From positions 1 through 35,705 of the forward strand of contig CBFIJD010000032.1 of NCBI GenBank assembly GCA_965662845.1: a DNA stretch of 35,705 nucleotides. The letters run 5' to 3'. The stretch comes from an uncultured bacterium. Lineage in GTDB: Bacteria; SAR324; NAC60-12. This document shows, piece after piece, positions 6,487-15,939 of this stretch. Position 1 is the first letter of the stretch. Each line of letters starts with the position of its first letter. Position numbers and translations under genes: made by a program. The notes beneath the pieces were generated by a model that ran no database searches, was not told the DNA's origin, and saw nothing but the letters and a program-made list of their open reading frames with translations.

Positions 6487-8694
6487 TTAGGCAGGGTGAG
6501 AAGAAGCGGGGAGTTCCTCGACTTGGAATTCCAGCAGCCGGTGCAGCGTGTCAACACGGACGAGACGCACTCGCAACCGGTCGCCAGCTTGCAACAAGCG
6601 TTTGGTACGACGCCCTTGCAAGACGAGACTGGCTTCGTCGAAAAAGTAGTGATCGTCGGTGAGGACTTCTAGGGGCAAGAACCACTCCACTTGTTGCGGC
6701 AGAAGCTCGACGCGGAATCCGCTGTTTTCTGCAGAAACAATGCGCGCGTCAAAAGTGTGGCCAAGGTGCGGCGCGAGGTATGTGACCTTCATCAAGTCAA
6801 TGCTCTCATTCTCCGCTTTCTCAGCGCGACGCTCTTGTTCAGAGAGATATTCAGCCATGCTGTCGGAAGGATGCTGCAACGGGATGACTTCATGGCCCAG
6901 CTTGGCTTGCAGCTCATGCTTCAACGCCCGGTGCGTAACGAGGTCAGGATAACGCCGGATGGGAGACGTGAAATGCGAATAGAACTCGGCGCCTAATCCG
7001 AAGTGCCCTTGGTTTTTGGTGCGATAAGAGGCGAGCGCCATGGTGCGCAGCAAGTAAATCTGCAGCTGGTCACGGTTGGGCAGAGCTTCAATCGCGGCTA
7101 AGACGTCGTTGAACGGCCCAGGCTCTGTCAAACTGGCCAGCGGCACTCGGATATCGAAGCGTTGAAACACACGGCGCAGGCGCTCGAGCTTCCCCATGTC
7201 TGGTTTGGCGTGCACACGATACAGCGCTGGTAGGCGGTTGCCAGAGCAGTGTCGCGCGATGGTCTCATTGGCTTCGAGCATAAACTGCTCGATCAACTTC
7301 ATAGAGGAAGATTGATAGGTTTTTTTGACACCACACATGTGGTTGTTTTCGTCGAGTTCAATCTGAAAGTCGGGAAAGCTAAAGTTGATGGCGCCCCGTT
7401 GCGCTCGTTTGGTGCGCAAGAGCTGAGCGACATGCTGCATCACCTCCAAGTTTTGCAGCACTTCGCGATTGCGGATCACTTTAGAGGTCCCTGTGTCGAG
7501 CAGCTCTGCGACATCCTCATAAATCAGGCGCGCTTTGCTGCGGATGACGCTTTCATAGATCCGATAGCTCACGACTTGCCCCGCGTCATCAATCTTCATC
7601 TCACAGACCAAGGCGAAGCGATTGACCTCGGGGCGCAGGCTGCAAAGGTTGTTCGACAAGGCCTCGGGCAACATGGGGATCGCATGCGTTGGGAAGTAGA
7701 CGCTGGTTCCTCGTTTGTAGGCTTCTAAATCAATCGCATCCCCAGGCTGAACATAGTGAGCGACGTCTGCGATCGCGACGTACAGTTGCCAGGTGCCGTC
7801 ATCGTTGGAATGCGCATAGACGGCGTCGTCAAAATCGCGGGCGGTCTTGCCATCAATCGTCACATAACCCAAGTGACGCTGATCGACGCGCCCAGTTTGC
7901 GGATCCCACACCACACGAGTTGAGAAGCCCTCGGCTTGTTCAAGCGCGGCCTTCGGGAAATCTTTGGGGATTTGATTTTCTGTGAGGATCAGGTTGAACC
8001 CTAGGTTCTCGCGAACTTCTGTCGTGACGACCTGCAGAACGCGGGCGTAGAGTTCGCGGTCATCCCCTGTTTGAGATAGCAACTCAATCTCGACAATCTC
8101 TCCCGATTTGATGTCAACGTTGTCGTCAGAGGGTTTGATCACCACTGGCGGGACACCAGAGCGCTGGTTCAGCGGGATCGCAAGGACGGTGCGCTTGCCG
8201 CGCACCAGACGCGCCAAGACTCGGCTCGTTGAGCGCTCCACAATGCGTTGCACGAAACCACGGGTGCGCCCTCTGCGGTTGAAGACTCGCACTTCGACTT
8301 GGTCTCCGTCCATCGCTCCGTTTTGTTCGCCTTCCGGAATGAAGATGTCGCTCTTTCCTTCCCCAATATTGACAAAACCAAAGCCCTTGGCGGTTGCCAT
8401 GAAACGTCCTTGCACCAGGTTGTCGTCCTCTTTGGGGGCTTCCGGCTGAAAGCGTTGGAGCTTGGCAGCGCGTTGGGCCGGATCTTTCGGAATGACGGGG
8501 CCTTGTAAGCCGGGGTGTGCGAAACGGCTTCCCTTTTGCAGAATAAGACCTTTGTATACCATTTTGCGCAAGACGGCTTTCACGCTCGCGTTGACTTCCC
8601 GCCCTAGACCAAGGCTTTGTCGAATGCCTTTGGGAGACATCCACGTGTTGGTCGCTCGCAGGACTCGCAAGACTGCGCTCTTCTTAACTTTCAT
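6487..8694 (-). CDS. rnr: Ribonuclease R
   Basis: N-terminal wHTH, cold-shock domains (KGFGFV...DIFIP...AMDGDQV), RNB catalytic motif TIDGKTARDFDDAV, HFTSPIRRYPDL, and a C-terminal S1 domain. Confidence 0.93.
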   Translation of the reverse strand: MKVKKSAVLRVLRATNTWMSPKGIRQSLGLGREVNASVKAVLRKMVYKGLILQKGSRFAHPGLQGPVIPKDPAQRAAKLQRFQPEAPKEDDNLVQGRFMATAKGFGFVNIGEGKSDIFIPEGEQNGAMDGDQVEVRVFNRRGRTRGFVQRIVERSTSRVLARLVRGKRTVLAIPLNQRSGVPPVVIKPSDDNVDIKSGEIVEIELLSQTGDDRELYARVLQVVTTEVRENLGFNLILTENQIPKDFPKAALEQAEGFSTRVVWDPQTGRVDQRHLGYVTIDGKTARDFDDAVYAHSNDDGTWQLYVAIADVAHYVQPGDAIDLEAYKRGTSVYFPTHAIPMLPEALSNNLCSLRPEVNRFALVCEMKIDDAGQVVSYRIYESVIRSKARLIYEDVAELLDTGTSKVIRNREVLQNLEVMQHVAQLLRTKRAQRGAINFSFPDFQIELDENNHMCGVKKTYQSSSMKLIEQFMLEANETIARHCSGNRLPALYRVHAKPDMGKLERLRRVFQRFDIRVPLASLTEPGPFNDVLAAIEALPNRDQLQIYLLRTMALASYRTKNQGHFGLGAEFYSHFTSPIRRYPDLVTHRALKHELQAKLGHEVIPLQHPSDSMAEYLSEQERRAEKAENESIDLMKVTYLAPHLGHTFDARIVSAENSGFRVELLPQQVEWFLPLEVLTDDHYFFDEASLVLQGRRTKRLLQAGDRLRVRLVRVDTLHRLLEFQVEELPASSHPA

Positions 8695-8796
8695 GAATGG
8701 CTGTGATGGAGGCGTGAGGGGAAACAGCGGAGGGAAAAAACGATGAAATTGTCATGGACTCAATGTTTGGTGTGAAAAAGGCGGAGAATGCGGGGG

Positions 8797-8825
8797 ACTA
8801 TAACCACGCGCTCTTTGAATGTAAA
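8797..8825 (-). promoter_or_regulatory. Sigma70-type promoter for the rnr-gspL-like unit
   Basis: Minus strand TTTACA-17 bp-TATAGT, about 100 bp upstream of the rnr ATG in the divergent intergenic region. Confidence 0.6.
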
Positions 8826-8890
8826 GCAAACCTTTGACCACGAGACTCGCTCGCGAATTTTGATTCTGGTCAAGGAAATCTGAAAAATTT

Positions 8891-10078
8891 ATGATTGCCC
8901 AAGCTACTGAAACCAAAAGATTTTCTTTGCTGCAGCATGTGGCGCGGTTTCATTACGACTCGGTGTTGTTAGCTGTGCTGCTGTTCCTGCTCGCGTGGGG
9001 CACAGTGATGATCTACAGCACCAGCGCGGTCTATGCTGAAATCCGTTACGATAACAGCTACTTCTTCTTGCAGCGCCACCTGATGCATTTGGTGTTGGGC
9101 ATTGGCGCGATGAGCTTCTGCATGTTTCTGCCCTATCGACGTTGGCGCGACTGGCTCCCGTTGCTGATGCTTGGAATGATGGTCATGTTGGTAATGGTCC
9201 TCATTCCTGGAATTGGTCACGAAGTCAAAGGAGGCCGGCGCTGGCTGCGGTTGTCCGGCATTGGGATTCAACCTGCCGAGCTGCTCAAGATTGTGTTGGT
9301 GATCTACACGGCCTCTTATCTGGAGCGCAAGCAAGCCCACATGCAATCTTTCGCTCGCGGGGTCGCGCCTGTCGTGATTGTGACCGGAGCCTATCTCTTG
9401 TTGGTGCTGTTGCAGCCGGACTTTGGAACCGTCGTCCTGATCTCTGCGACGATGATGCTGATGCTCTATGTCGGGGGAATGCGCACGTGGCATCTGGCGG
9501 CTTGTCTGACAGTCGCAGGAGGACTGGGGGCGGCCCTAGTCGCGACTCAAGCCTATCGCATGCGGCGAATTCTTGCGTTTTTAGATCCTTGGAAAGACCC
9601 CTTGGATTCAGGCTTTCAGATCATCCAGTCCTTCATCGCGATTGGTACGGGGGGATGGCTGGGGCGCGGGCTCGGGGAGAGTCGCCAGAAGCTCTTCTTT
9701 TTGCCAGATGCGCATACGGACTTTATCTTTGCGATCCTCAGCGAAGAGCTGGGCTTCTTGTGGGTGTGTTTGCTCGTGCTGCTGTTTGCCCTGTTTTTGT
9801 GGCGCGGCTACTGGATTGCGTGGCATGCCCCAGACACGTTTGCTAAATTTTTGGCGTTTGGTTGCACCACCGTGTTGAGTTTGCAGGTCATCTTTAATCT
9901 TTTTGTGGTCACGGGGCTGTTACCGACAAAGGGGTTGCCCTTGCCGTTCATTAGCGCGGGTGGTTCTGCCTTGTTGATGGCCCTCAGTGGCACAGGGATC
10001 TTATTGAACATCAGTCATCACATCCACGGCCCTGTCTCCAACTCTCCGCGTGTGCAGCGTTCGCCGCTGCCTGCCTGA
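8891..10078 (+). CDS. ftsW: SEDS-family peptidoglycan glycosyltransferase FtsW
   Basis: About 10 TM segments. Motifs GGRRWLRL, QPAELLK, QPDFGT, RRILAFLDPWKDP..GFQIIQS, GESRQKLFFLPDAHTDFIFAILSEELG and LPTKGLPLPFISAGGS. Confidence 0.9.
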   Translation: MIAQATETKRFSLLQHVARFHYDSVLLAVLLFLLAWGTVMIYSTSAVYAEIRYDNSYFFLQRHLMHLVLGIGAMSFCMFLPYRRWRDWLPLLMLGMMVMLVMVLIPGIGHEVKGGRRWLRLSGIGIQPAELLKIVLVIYTASYLERKQAHMQSFARGVAPVVIVTGAYLLLVLLQPDFGTVVLISATMMLMLYVGGMRTWHLAACLTVAGGLGAALVATQAYRMRRILAFLDPWKDPLDSGFQIIQSFIAIGTGGWLGRGLGESRQKLFFLPDAHTDFIFAILSEELGFLWVCLLVLLFALFLWRGYWIAWHAPDTFAKFLAFGCTTVLSLQVIFNLFVVTGLLPTKGLPLPFISAGGSALLMALSGTGILLNISHHIHGPVSNSPRVQRSPLPA

Positions 10079-10081
10079 TCT

Positions 10082-12922
10082 ATGCGACACTTCCTCTGCG
10101 CGCTGGCGTGGCTCATGTGCGTCACTGTCAGCCCCTCCTTTGCTGTTACACCGGCCTCGGCATCCACTTTAGAGCGCGTTCAAGTTGACGAGGACTGGAG
10201 AGCCTGGCTACTCGCGCTGCGTCAAGAACCCGCAGCACTACCCGCGCTGTTGCAGCAGCAACCTGAGTGGAAAAGTCTGCGCGGCGCCCACTCCTTTGCC
10301 GGCATGACGCCTCTGATGCTCACCGTCCGGTTGGGACAAGTGGGCCACGTGCAGGCGTTGCTGGCCGAACAGCCCGACATCCACCAGACGGATCTCCAAG
10401 GTCGGACAGCCTTGCATTACGCTGTGGCACGCAACCACACACCGATCGCCACCTTGCTGCTGGAAGCCGGTAGCCGCGTCAACGCGCAAGCGTCTTCGGG
10501 GCTGGCGCCCCTGCACATTGCGGCTCGCAATCAAAATCTTGCGCTCACGGAACGATTGTTAGAGCTGGGGGCCAAAGTGAATGTCCCTGACCAAGCGGGG
10601 CGAACGCCTCTGATGTTCGCGGCCCTGTCAGGCTCCCAAGCCGTGTTCGCTCAGCTGCTGGAAGCCGGCGCCGACGCGGACGCGACAACCTTAAATGGCT
10701 ACAACGCGATGTTGTGGGCAACGCGAGCGGGGCAAGTGGAGATTGTCCGCGCTTTGCTCGCCAGCGGAGCTTCTGCCGAACATGCGGATCTCTCCCAAGG
10801 CCGGACATTGGTTCATCACGCGGTTTTGACCGCACAGACCAAAGCCTTGGCAGCGCTGCTAGAAGCCGGGGCAAGCGCCGATCGTGCCGACTTGTGGTTA
10901 CGCACGCCACTCCAGATTGCTGTGCAGCAAGGGCAGATCGCTCTTGTGCAAAAGCTGGTGGAATACGGAGCGAATCCCTATCGCAAAGACGCTGAAAATC
11001 TGTCGGCCTTGGAACGTGCGGCCCTGCAAGGAGATGTGGAAATTTTGCGCGTGTTGCTCAAACAACCGCCGCGCCAAACAGAGGCCGCCAACCTTCGCGA
11101 AAATGCTCTCCGACTCGCCGCTCGGGAAGGCCAGCTGGCCGTCGTGAAAGAGCTGGTCGCACAAGACGTCAGACCCCACGCCCTAGATGCCTCAGAGCGC
11201 ACCGCTTGGATCTACGCCGTTGAAATGCAACACGATCAAGTCGCTGACTGGCTGGCGCAGCAGAGCGGGATCCAGACTCCCAATTTGCTCTATGCCGCTC
11301 GCTGGGGCTTGCGCGAGAGGCTGGCGACGCTCTTGGAGGCAGGCGGTGACGTGAACACACAAGACGCCAAGGGCTGGACACCGCTGCTGCTCGCGGCACA
11401 ACACGGACACATACAGACCGTAGAGCTGTTGTTGTCTCAAGGCGCCGATGTGCAACACACCACGTCCTTGGGCTGGAACGCGCTCTTCATTGCGTGTGGC
11501 GCCGGGCATGCTCAGGTCGTCGCGCAACTGCTGCCACACTATGAAAACGCGGCAGAACTTCGGGATCAAGAGGGCTGGTCTTTGCTGCATTGGGCGATTT
11601 TCAGCGGCGAGTTCGGGCTCGTTCAGCAGACCCTCCAGCGGTTTCCTGACGTCGATGTGACCGATCAGAGAGGGCAAACACCGCTGCAATTGGCGGTGAT
11701 CAAAGCACACACGGAGCTTGTGGAGAGATTGCTGGCGGCCAAAGCCGACGTGTTGCACCGCGACCACACCGATCAAACCGCGCTAGATTATGCGATTCTG
11801 TACGATCACACCGACCTCATCCCCGTACTGATTGCCCAAGGGGCGGATGTCCAAGAAGGCATGCGCCTAGCGGCGCTGCGAGGAAAACCACGAGCGTTAG
11901 ATGTCTTGTTTGCCGCGCAGCCAAATCTCAATGAGCCCGACGACCAAGGAAACACCCTTGTCTTGCAGGCAGTGCTAGGCAATCAGAGAGAGGCGCTGCG
12001 TTGGCTCTTGGAACATGACGCCGATCCCAATCGCAGGAACGCGCGTGGTCAATCCCCGCTGCGGATGGCGATCCGCAACCAACAACCTCACCTCACAGAG
12101 CTGCTGCTCCAAGAGCCTCTTGATCTGGAACAGCCTGATCGTTTGGGCAATACGCCCCTGCTGCTGGCAGCCTATCGAGGCGAACAAACGATTCTCGACC
12201 AGCTGATCCAAGCAGGAGCACAGACCGCGCATCTGAATAACTTAGGGCAAACGGCGCTGCACTTGGCCGCTTCGCAAGGACATTCCCTCGTCATTCAACG
12301 CCTGCTCGAGCTCGGTGTCTTGCCCCAAACGCCTGACAACTTTGGCCTGAACGCTCTCCAACTCGCGGCAGAGAATGGACACACAGAAGCCGTCGCCGTT
12401 CTGCTGCAAGACCCGCGGGTGGATCTCAACTACAACGCCCTCGACGTTTATGGGAATGGAGGCACCGCGTTTTTCTTGGCGTCTAAAAATGGGCATCTGC
12501 CAGTGATGCAACAATTGGTTGCCGCCGGAGCGAACCCTAGCGCAGGAGAGCTGCTACGCGGCGTCACTCCCTTTCTCGCTGCGGCAGAAGGAGGCCATAC
12601 GCCCGTTTTGCAGTGGCTGTTGGCTCAAGACTTTGCCACGATCGCCGACCTAGACAATGATGGACGCAACGCCTTGCACCTCTCTGCCATGCAGGGATTC
12701 CCTGCGACCGTTGGCTATCTGCTAGACAGGGGAATGGAAATGGGTGAGGTCGACTTTGAAGGCAACACTGCCCTGCACCTCGCCGCACAGAGAGGACACC
12801 GAGAAGTAGTCCAAGACCTCCTGAACCAAGGCGCTGAGTCGCGTCTCAATTCCCAAGGAAAGACACCTCGGGAGCTTGCGCGTGAAGCGCAGTTTCCAGA
12901 AGTTGCCGACCTGCTCCCTTAA
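10082..12922 (+). CDS. Large exported ankyrin-repeat protein (946 aa, more than 20 ANK repeats)
   Basis: N-terminal signal peptide (MRHFLCALAWLMCVTVSPSFA). Recurring G-x-T-[PA]-L-[HL]-x-A-A-x-x-G...LL-x-x-GA-x-V-N units of about 33 aa run to the C-terminus. Confidence 0.93.
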   Translation: MRHFLCALAWLMCVTVSPSFAVTPASASTLERVQVDEDWRAWLLALRQEPAALPALLQQQPEWKSLRGAHSFAGMTPLMLTVRLGQVGHVQALLAEQPDIHQTDLQGRTALHYAVARNHTPIATLLLEAGSRVNAQASSGLAPLHIAARNQNLALTERLLELGAKVNVPDQAGRTPLMFAALSGSQAVFAQLLEAGADADATTLNGYNAMLWATRAGQVEIVRALLASGASAEHADLSQGRTLVHHAVLTAQTKALAALLEAGASADRADLWLRTPLQIAVQQGQIALVQKLVEYGANPYRKDAENLSALERAALQGDVEILRVLLKQPPRQTEAANLRENALRLAAREGQLAVVKELVAQDVRPHALDASERTAWIYAVEMQHDQVADWLAQQSGIQTPNLLYAARWGLRERLATLLEAGGDVNTQDAKGWTPLLLAAQHGHIQTVELLLSQGADVQHTTSLGWNALFIACGAGHAQVVAQLLPHYENAAELRDQEGWSLLHWAIFSGEFGLVQQTLQRFPDVDVTDQRGQTPLQLAVIKAHTELVERLLAAKADVLHRDHTDQTALDYAILYDHTDLIPVLIAQGADVQEGMRLAALRGKPRALDVLFAAQPNLNEPDDQGNTLVLQAVLGNQREALRWLLEHDADPNRRNARGQSPLRMAIRNQQPHLTELLLQEPLDLEQPDRLGNTPLLLAAYRGEQTILDQLIQAGAQTAHLNNLGQTALHLAASQGHSLVIQRLLELGVLPQTPDNFGLNALQLAAENGHTEAVAVLLQDPRVDLNYNALDVYGNGGTAFFLASKNGHLPVMQQLVAAGANPSAGELLRGVTPFLAAAEGGHTPVLQWLLAQDFATIADLDNDGRNALHLSAMQGFPATVGYLLDRGMEMGEVDFEGNTALHLAAQRGHREVVQDLLNQGAESRLNSQGKTPRELAREAQFPEVADLLP

Positions 12923-12941
12923 CCCCCCACAAAAGGATCAC

Positions 12942-13604
12942 ATGGCACCGCAGGCTTTTGTTTTTGATGCCTATGGCACTCTGCTCGACGTTCACGCCGC
13001 GAGCCGTCAACACCAGGCGCTGCTTGGCGAGAAAACCCAACCCGTCTCAGAGCTTTGGCGACGGAAGCAACTGGAGTACACCTGGCTGCGCAGCTTGATG
13101 GGCGCTTATGTGGACTTCTGGCAAATCACGCAAGACTCGCTCGCCTATGCGCTCGAAGCCCATCACGTCGCGCCCGAGACCGTGACCCAGCCTCTGTGCG
13201 AGAGCTACCTGAACTTAGAGTGCTACGCTGAAGTCCCGCAGCTGTTGCAGACCCTGAAACAAGAAGGACACCGCGTCGCGATCTTGTCCAACGGCTCTCC
13301 GAACATGCTGGAACAAGCCGTCGCGGCGAACGAACTTCAGGAGCACTTTGACGCCGTGCTCTCGGTGGAGAAGGTCGGCATCTTCAAACCCGACGCTCGG
13401 GTCTATGCGCTGGTAGAGCAGGAGCTAGACGTGACCCCAGAGAACACCCACTTCTTCTCGTCGAATGCGTGGGATGTCGCGGGCGCGAGCCACTTCGGTT
13501 TTCAGGTGGTGTGGGTGAACCGCTTTGGACAGCCTGCCGAGCGACTCCCCGGGACTCCAAAACGAGTGGTCTCTAGTTTGACCGAGTGGCTGCAGCGTCG
13601 GTGA
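12942..13604 (+). CDS. Haloacid dehalogenase type II (L-2-haloacid dehalogenase family)
   Basis: AGGA RBS and ATG 12942. Motifs FVFDAYGTLLDV, WRRKQLEYTWLRSLM, LSNG, FKPDARVY and SSNAWDVAGA. Confidence 0.9.
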   Translation: MAPQAFVFDAYGTLLDVHAASRQHQALLGEKTQPVSELWRRKQLEYTWLRSLMGAYVDFWQITQDSLAYALEAHHVAPETVTQPLCESYLNLECYAEVPQLLQTLKQEGHRVAILSNGSPNMLEQAVAANELQEHFDAVLSVEKVGIFKPDARVYALVEQELDVTPENTHFFSSNAWDVAGASHFGFQVVWVNRFGQPAERLPGTPKRVVSSLTEWLQRR

Positions 13605-13697
13605 ACCGCTTTTACCAGCGCTTTGGGTTTCGTTTTGGCGAGCGGCGACGCTTTCTCAGTGAGGACTGCTTTGTGTTCCGGTTAGAACGCGAGGACT

Positions 13698-14996
13698 TCA
13701 ACGCTGAATCAGCGCTTCGAGGCGAGTGAAGTAGTCAGGGAAGGTCTTGCTGACGCAGGAAGGATCCAAAATGGTGACGGGGACTTCACCGCAAGCGGCG
13801 AGAGAGAACGCCATCGCCATGCGGTGGTCGTCGTAGGTGGCGATCTCAGCGGTTTGCAGCTGCGCCGGGGGCGTGATCACGATGTAGTCACGGCCTTCTT
13901 CAACGGTTGCGCCGAGTTTGGCAAGCTCTGTTTTGACGGCGTTCACGCGCTCGGTCTCTTTCACGCGCCAGTTATAGATGTTGCGAATGGCGGTCGGCCC
14001 TTCGGCAAAGAGCGCCGCGACCGCCAAGGTCATCGCGGCGTCGGGCATCCGGTTCATGTCCACATCGACCCCGCGTAGAGTGCCGGTCCCCGTCACCGTA
14101 ATCTGATTGGCGTGCCACTCGACGTTCGCGCCCATCCACTCCATCACCTCCGCGAAGCGAGCGTCCCCCTGCAAACTCGCGGTTCCGCAGCCCACGACGG
14201 TGACGGTCCCCCCTGTGATCGCTGCACCTGCGAGAAAATAAGACGCAGAGGAGGCGTCTCCCTCCACGAAGTATTCTCCCGGACTCTGATAAACCTGTGG
14301 CGCGTTGATGCGGAACTGGCGATAGTCCTCGGCCACTTCGACGGCCACGCCGAAGCGCTGCATGAGCTGCACGGTCATCTCGACGTAAGGAGTCGAGACG
14401 AGGTGATCTGTGATGTGCACCTCGACCGGATGCTGCGCGTAGGGGGCCGCGAGCAGGATCGCTGACAGGTACTGGCTACTGATCGCGCCGCTCACGTGGG
14501 TTTGTCCGCCCCAGAGCCCGTCTGCCTGAATTTCGACCGGCGGGCATCCTGTGCCATGTAGGCTGCGGACTTCCGCGCCGAGTTGTTGAAGCCCGTCGAG
14601 TAAGTCCTGAATGGGACGCTCACGCATGCGCTCGATTCCATCGAGTACGAAGCGTCCTTTGCCAATCGTCAACGCCGCTGTCAGGGGGCGGATCGCGGTT
14701 CCGGCGTTCCCCAAAAACAGCTCAGCGCCCTCGACCGGAATCTTCCCTGCTTGCCCGATGACTTCAAGGCGCCGCTGGTCGCGCTCTTCGCGCAGCGGGA
14801 TTTGGAGCGTGTGCAGGGCTTCTACCATGCGGCGGACATCGTCACTGTCGAGGAGGTTCTCGATGCGAGTTGTGCCTTCTGCCAGCATGGCCAGCAGGAG
14901 CACGCGGTTCGAGAGGCTTTTGGAGCCGGGGAGCCTGACGGTGCCGTTGAGGCGGCGAATGGGATCGAGGCGGAGAGAGGAGGGGAGTGCGCTCAT
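13698..14996 (-). CDS. aroA: 3-phosphoshikimate 1-carboxyvinyltransferase (class I EPSP synthase)
   Basis: [61 protein letters not shown] and KTFPDYF. Confidence 0.97.
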   Translation of the reverse strand: MSALPSSLRLDPIRRLNGTVRLPGSKSLSNRVLLLAMLAEGTTRIENLLDSDDVRRMVEALHTLQIPLREERDQRRLEVIGQAGKIPVEGAELFLGNAGTAIRPLTAALTIGKGRFVLDGIERMRERPIQDLLDGLQQLGAEVRSLHGTGCPPVEIQADGLWGGQTHVSGAISSQYLSAILLAAPYAQHPVEVHITDHLVSTPYVEMTVQLMQRFGVAVEVAEDYRQFRINAPQVYQSPGEYFVEGDASSASYFLAGAAITGGTVTVVGCGTASLQGDARFAEVMEWMGANVEWHANQITVTGTGTLRGVDVDMNRMPDAAMTLAVAALFAEGPTAIRNIYNWRVKETERVNAVKTELAKLGATVEEGRDYIVITPPAQLQTAEIATYDDHRMAMAFSLAACGEVPVTILDPSCVSKTFPDYFTRLEALIQR

Positions 14997-15919
14997 GCGG
15001 AGGCCTGACGGATTTTGCGTTCAATGTAGAATTCAGCGGCCTTGTAGGAGCTACGCACCAGCGGGCCCGCGGCGACGTAGTCAAAACCCATCTGGAGCCC
15101 GAGGTTTTCGAGTTCGCTGAACTCTTCGGGAGTGACAAAGCGTTCGACGGCGAGGTGACGTGTGCTCGGTTGCAGGTATTGCCCGATGGTGAGGAAGTCC
15201 ACCCCGACAGCGCGCAGATCCTGCATTGCCGCGAGGATTTCTTCACGCGTCTCGCCTAGGCCGACCATGAGCGACGACTTGGTGTACTTCTGAGGTGCTT
15301 GTTGCTTGAGGTAAGCCAACACCTTCAGCGACTGGGCGTAGGTCGCGCGGGGATCGCGCACGCGAGGCGTCAAGCGTTCGACGGTCTCGAGGTTGTGCGC
15401 GAGCACTGCAGGGTTCGCGTCAATGACCTGTTGCACCAACGACAGCTCGCCACGGAAGTCTGGCATTAAAATTTCGATCAGCAGCGCTGGCTTGGCACGG
15501 AGCGTCGCTTTGATGCAGCGGGCAATGTGTCCGGCGCCTTGATCCGGCAGCTCGTCACGATCCACAGTCGTGAGCACGACGTAGCCCAGCTGCATTTGCT
15601 CGATGGTCTCGGCCAGTTTGCGGGGTTCCTCGGCGTCTAGCGCGGGCGGCAGTTTGCTTGTTTTGACGTTGCAGAAGCGGCAGCCCCGCGTGCAGGTGTC
15701 GCCCATCACCATGAAGGTCGCGGTTCCGCTGTTCCAGCACTCACCGATGTTGGGGCAGCTTGCTTCTTCGCAGACGGTGCTGAGCTGCAGCGTGCGCGCT
15801 TGTGCTTGAATCCAGTGGAAGCGTTCACCAGAAGGGAAGGGAACTTTGAGCCATGCGGGTTTGGGGAGGCGTTGTTTGCGATCGCGGAAGGTGTCTTTTT
15901 CGACAGTGACCGTGCTCAT
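14993..15919 (-). CDS. lipA: Lipoyl synthase (radical SAM)
   Basis: CX4CX5C ([12 protein letters not shown]), CX3CX2C (CTRGCRFC) and RSSY motifs. GGAGG RBS before ATG 15919. The stop overlaps the aroA start (ATGA). Confidence 0.97.
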   Translation of the reverse strand: MSTVTVEKDTFRDRKQRLPKPAWLKVPFPSGERFHWIQAQARTLQLSTVCEEASCPNIGECWNSGTATFMVMGDTCTRGCRFCNVKTSKLPPALDAEEPRKLAETIEQMQLGYVVLTTVDRDELPDQGAGHIARCIKATLRAKPALLIEILMPDFRGELSLVQQVIDANPAVLAHNLETVERLTPRVRDPRATYAQSLKVLAYLKQQAPQKYTKSSLMVGLGETREEILAAMQDLRAVGVDFLTIGQYLQPSTRHLAVERFVTPEEFSELENLGLQMGFDYVAAGPLVRSSYKAAEFYIERKIRQASA

Positions 15920-15939
15920 GGAGACCTCCATTTGTGGGG

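Noticed and set aside
9142..9846. 234-aa alternative-frame ORF within ftsW, and the many other nested or antisense ORFs in the track
   Set aside because: These are shadow ORFs expected at this GC content. They lie inside well-supported genes and have Arg/Ala-rich, motif-free translations.
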